Shown here in pieces: positions 63,558-64,000 of a stretch of 64,000 bases of DNA (positions within the stretch are counted from its first letter, which is position 1; every line of letters begins with the position of its first letter). This DNA is from an uncultured Litoreibacter sp. Lineage in GTDB: Bacteria > Pseudomonadota > Alphaproteobacteria > Rhodobacterales > Rhodobacteraceae. Made by a program: the position numbers and the translations under genes. The stretch is from NCBI GenBank assembly GCA_947494435.1, contig CANLUY010000004.1, positions 8,106-72,105 of the forward strand. Reading direction: 5' to 3'. The notes beneath the pieces are model-generated. The model saw only the letters and a program-made list of their open reading frames with translations. It was not told the origin of the DNA and made no database searches.

Positions 63558-63810
63558 GACCAGCATGTCATGCAACTCCGACGCAAGGTGCAATTCGGAC
63601 CGCGCAGCAACTTCGAACTCCGGCATTGAGTCCCAAGGCAGATATCATGAGAGGCTTTGACGCTGAACTTTGGGCACCGCTCATAAGCCTGTAAAAAGAC
63701 AAACTTGGGGCCGTCGTTATACTGCCGGCGCCATAGACCTGAGCTCTCAAGGAAGAGGCCGATGGCAAAACACCACCGGCCTCATTGATGCTTACCCTGT
63801 CAGACGGTTT

Positions 63811-64000
63811 CTATGCAGAACCAGCATGTTCATCGGATGCATCCTCGAGCCACCACGCAGAACTGAAGATATCCATCGGCGAAGCACTACAGTGAGGGCA
63901 GTGCCAAAGATTTGCAGCGACAGACTTGGCGGGTGATCTTTCATCGCAATGCAGACAGAACCATGTGTCGCTCGAACTGCCATTGATCGGATGAACCGCG
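63811..64000 (-). CDS. 3' end of a hypothetical Zn-ribbon-like protein entering from beyond the window
   Basis: Open frame ...WFCLHCDERSPAKSVAANLWHCPHCSASPMDIFSSAWW... ending at TAG 63813-63811; two CxxC motifs. Confidence 0.6.
   Translation of the reverse strand, partial: AVHPINGSSSDTWFCLHCDERSPAKSVAANLWHCPHCSASPMDIFSSAWWLEDASDEHAGSA

Noticed and set aside
1-64000. CRISPR array, tRNA, rRNA, intact transposase or integrase
   Set aside because: No regularly spaced identical repeats, RNA-gene signatures or full recombinase ORFs seen; periodic repeats at 49.3 and 58.6 kb are too degenerate and lack cas genes

Overview
This window looks like a large part of a conjugative RepABC plasmid of a Rhodobacteraceae (Roseobacter-group-like) alphaproteobacterium; the host assignment is inferred from gene families. 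Backbone: a VirB type IV secretion operon (25.3-36.8 kb), virD4-virD2(MOBP relaxase)-mobC with a candidate oriT (43-47.7 kb), leading-region genes (47.9-48.9 kb and 63-64 kb), a HipA-type toxin-antitoxin pair, and repA-repB-ctRNA-repC (58.9-62.8 kb). Four cargo blocks interrupt it: (1) a 13.5-kb stress-effector island (3 MscS, PRC-barrel, YqaE, DUF892, DUF3618 trio, YihY, AI-2E, GlsB, Crp/Fnr regulator, microproteins); (2) a ROK-regulated sugar ABC/SIS/ROK-kinase/HAD cluster (15.7-24.2 kb); (3) a Crp/Fnr-linked module of small unknown proteins with IS21 and racemase remnants, between virB6 and virD4 (37.4-42.7 kb); (4) a ROK-regulated sugar ABC importer with two SGNH hydrolases, one closely resembling MsAcT (49.5-56.8 kb). 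Most notable observations: a VirB5-like protein with an inserted lytic transglycosylase domain, a three-copy DNA motif at conjugation promoters, two homologous long hairpins (candidate ssDNA promoters) ahead of leading-region genes, a genomic context for an MsAcT-like enzyme, and degenerate repeats at cargo edges. No CRISPR array, tRNA or rRNA was seen. All calls were made by eye; no database searches were run.
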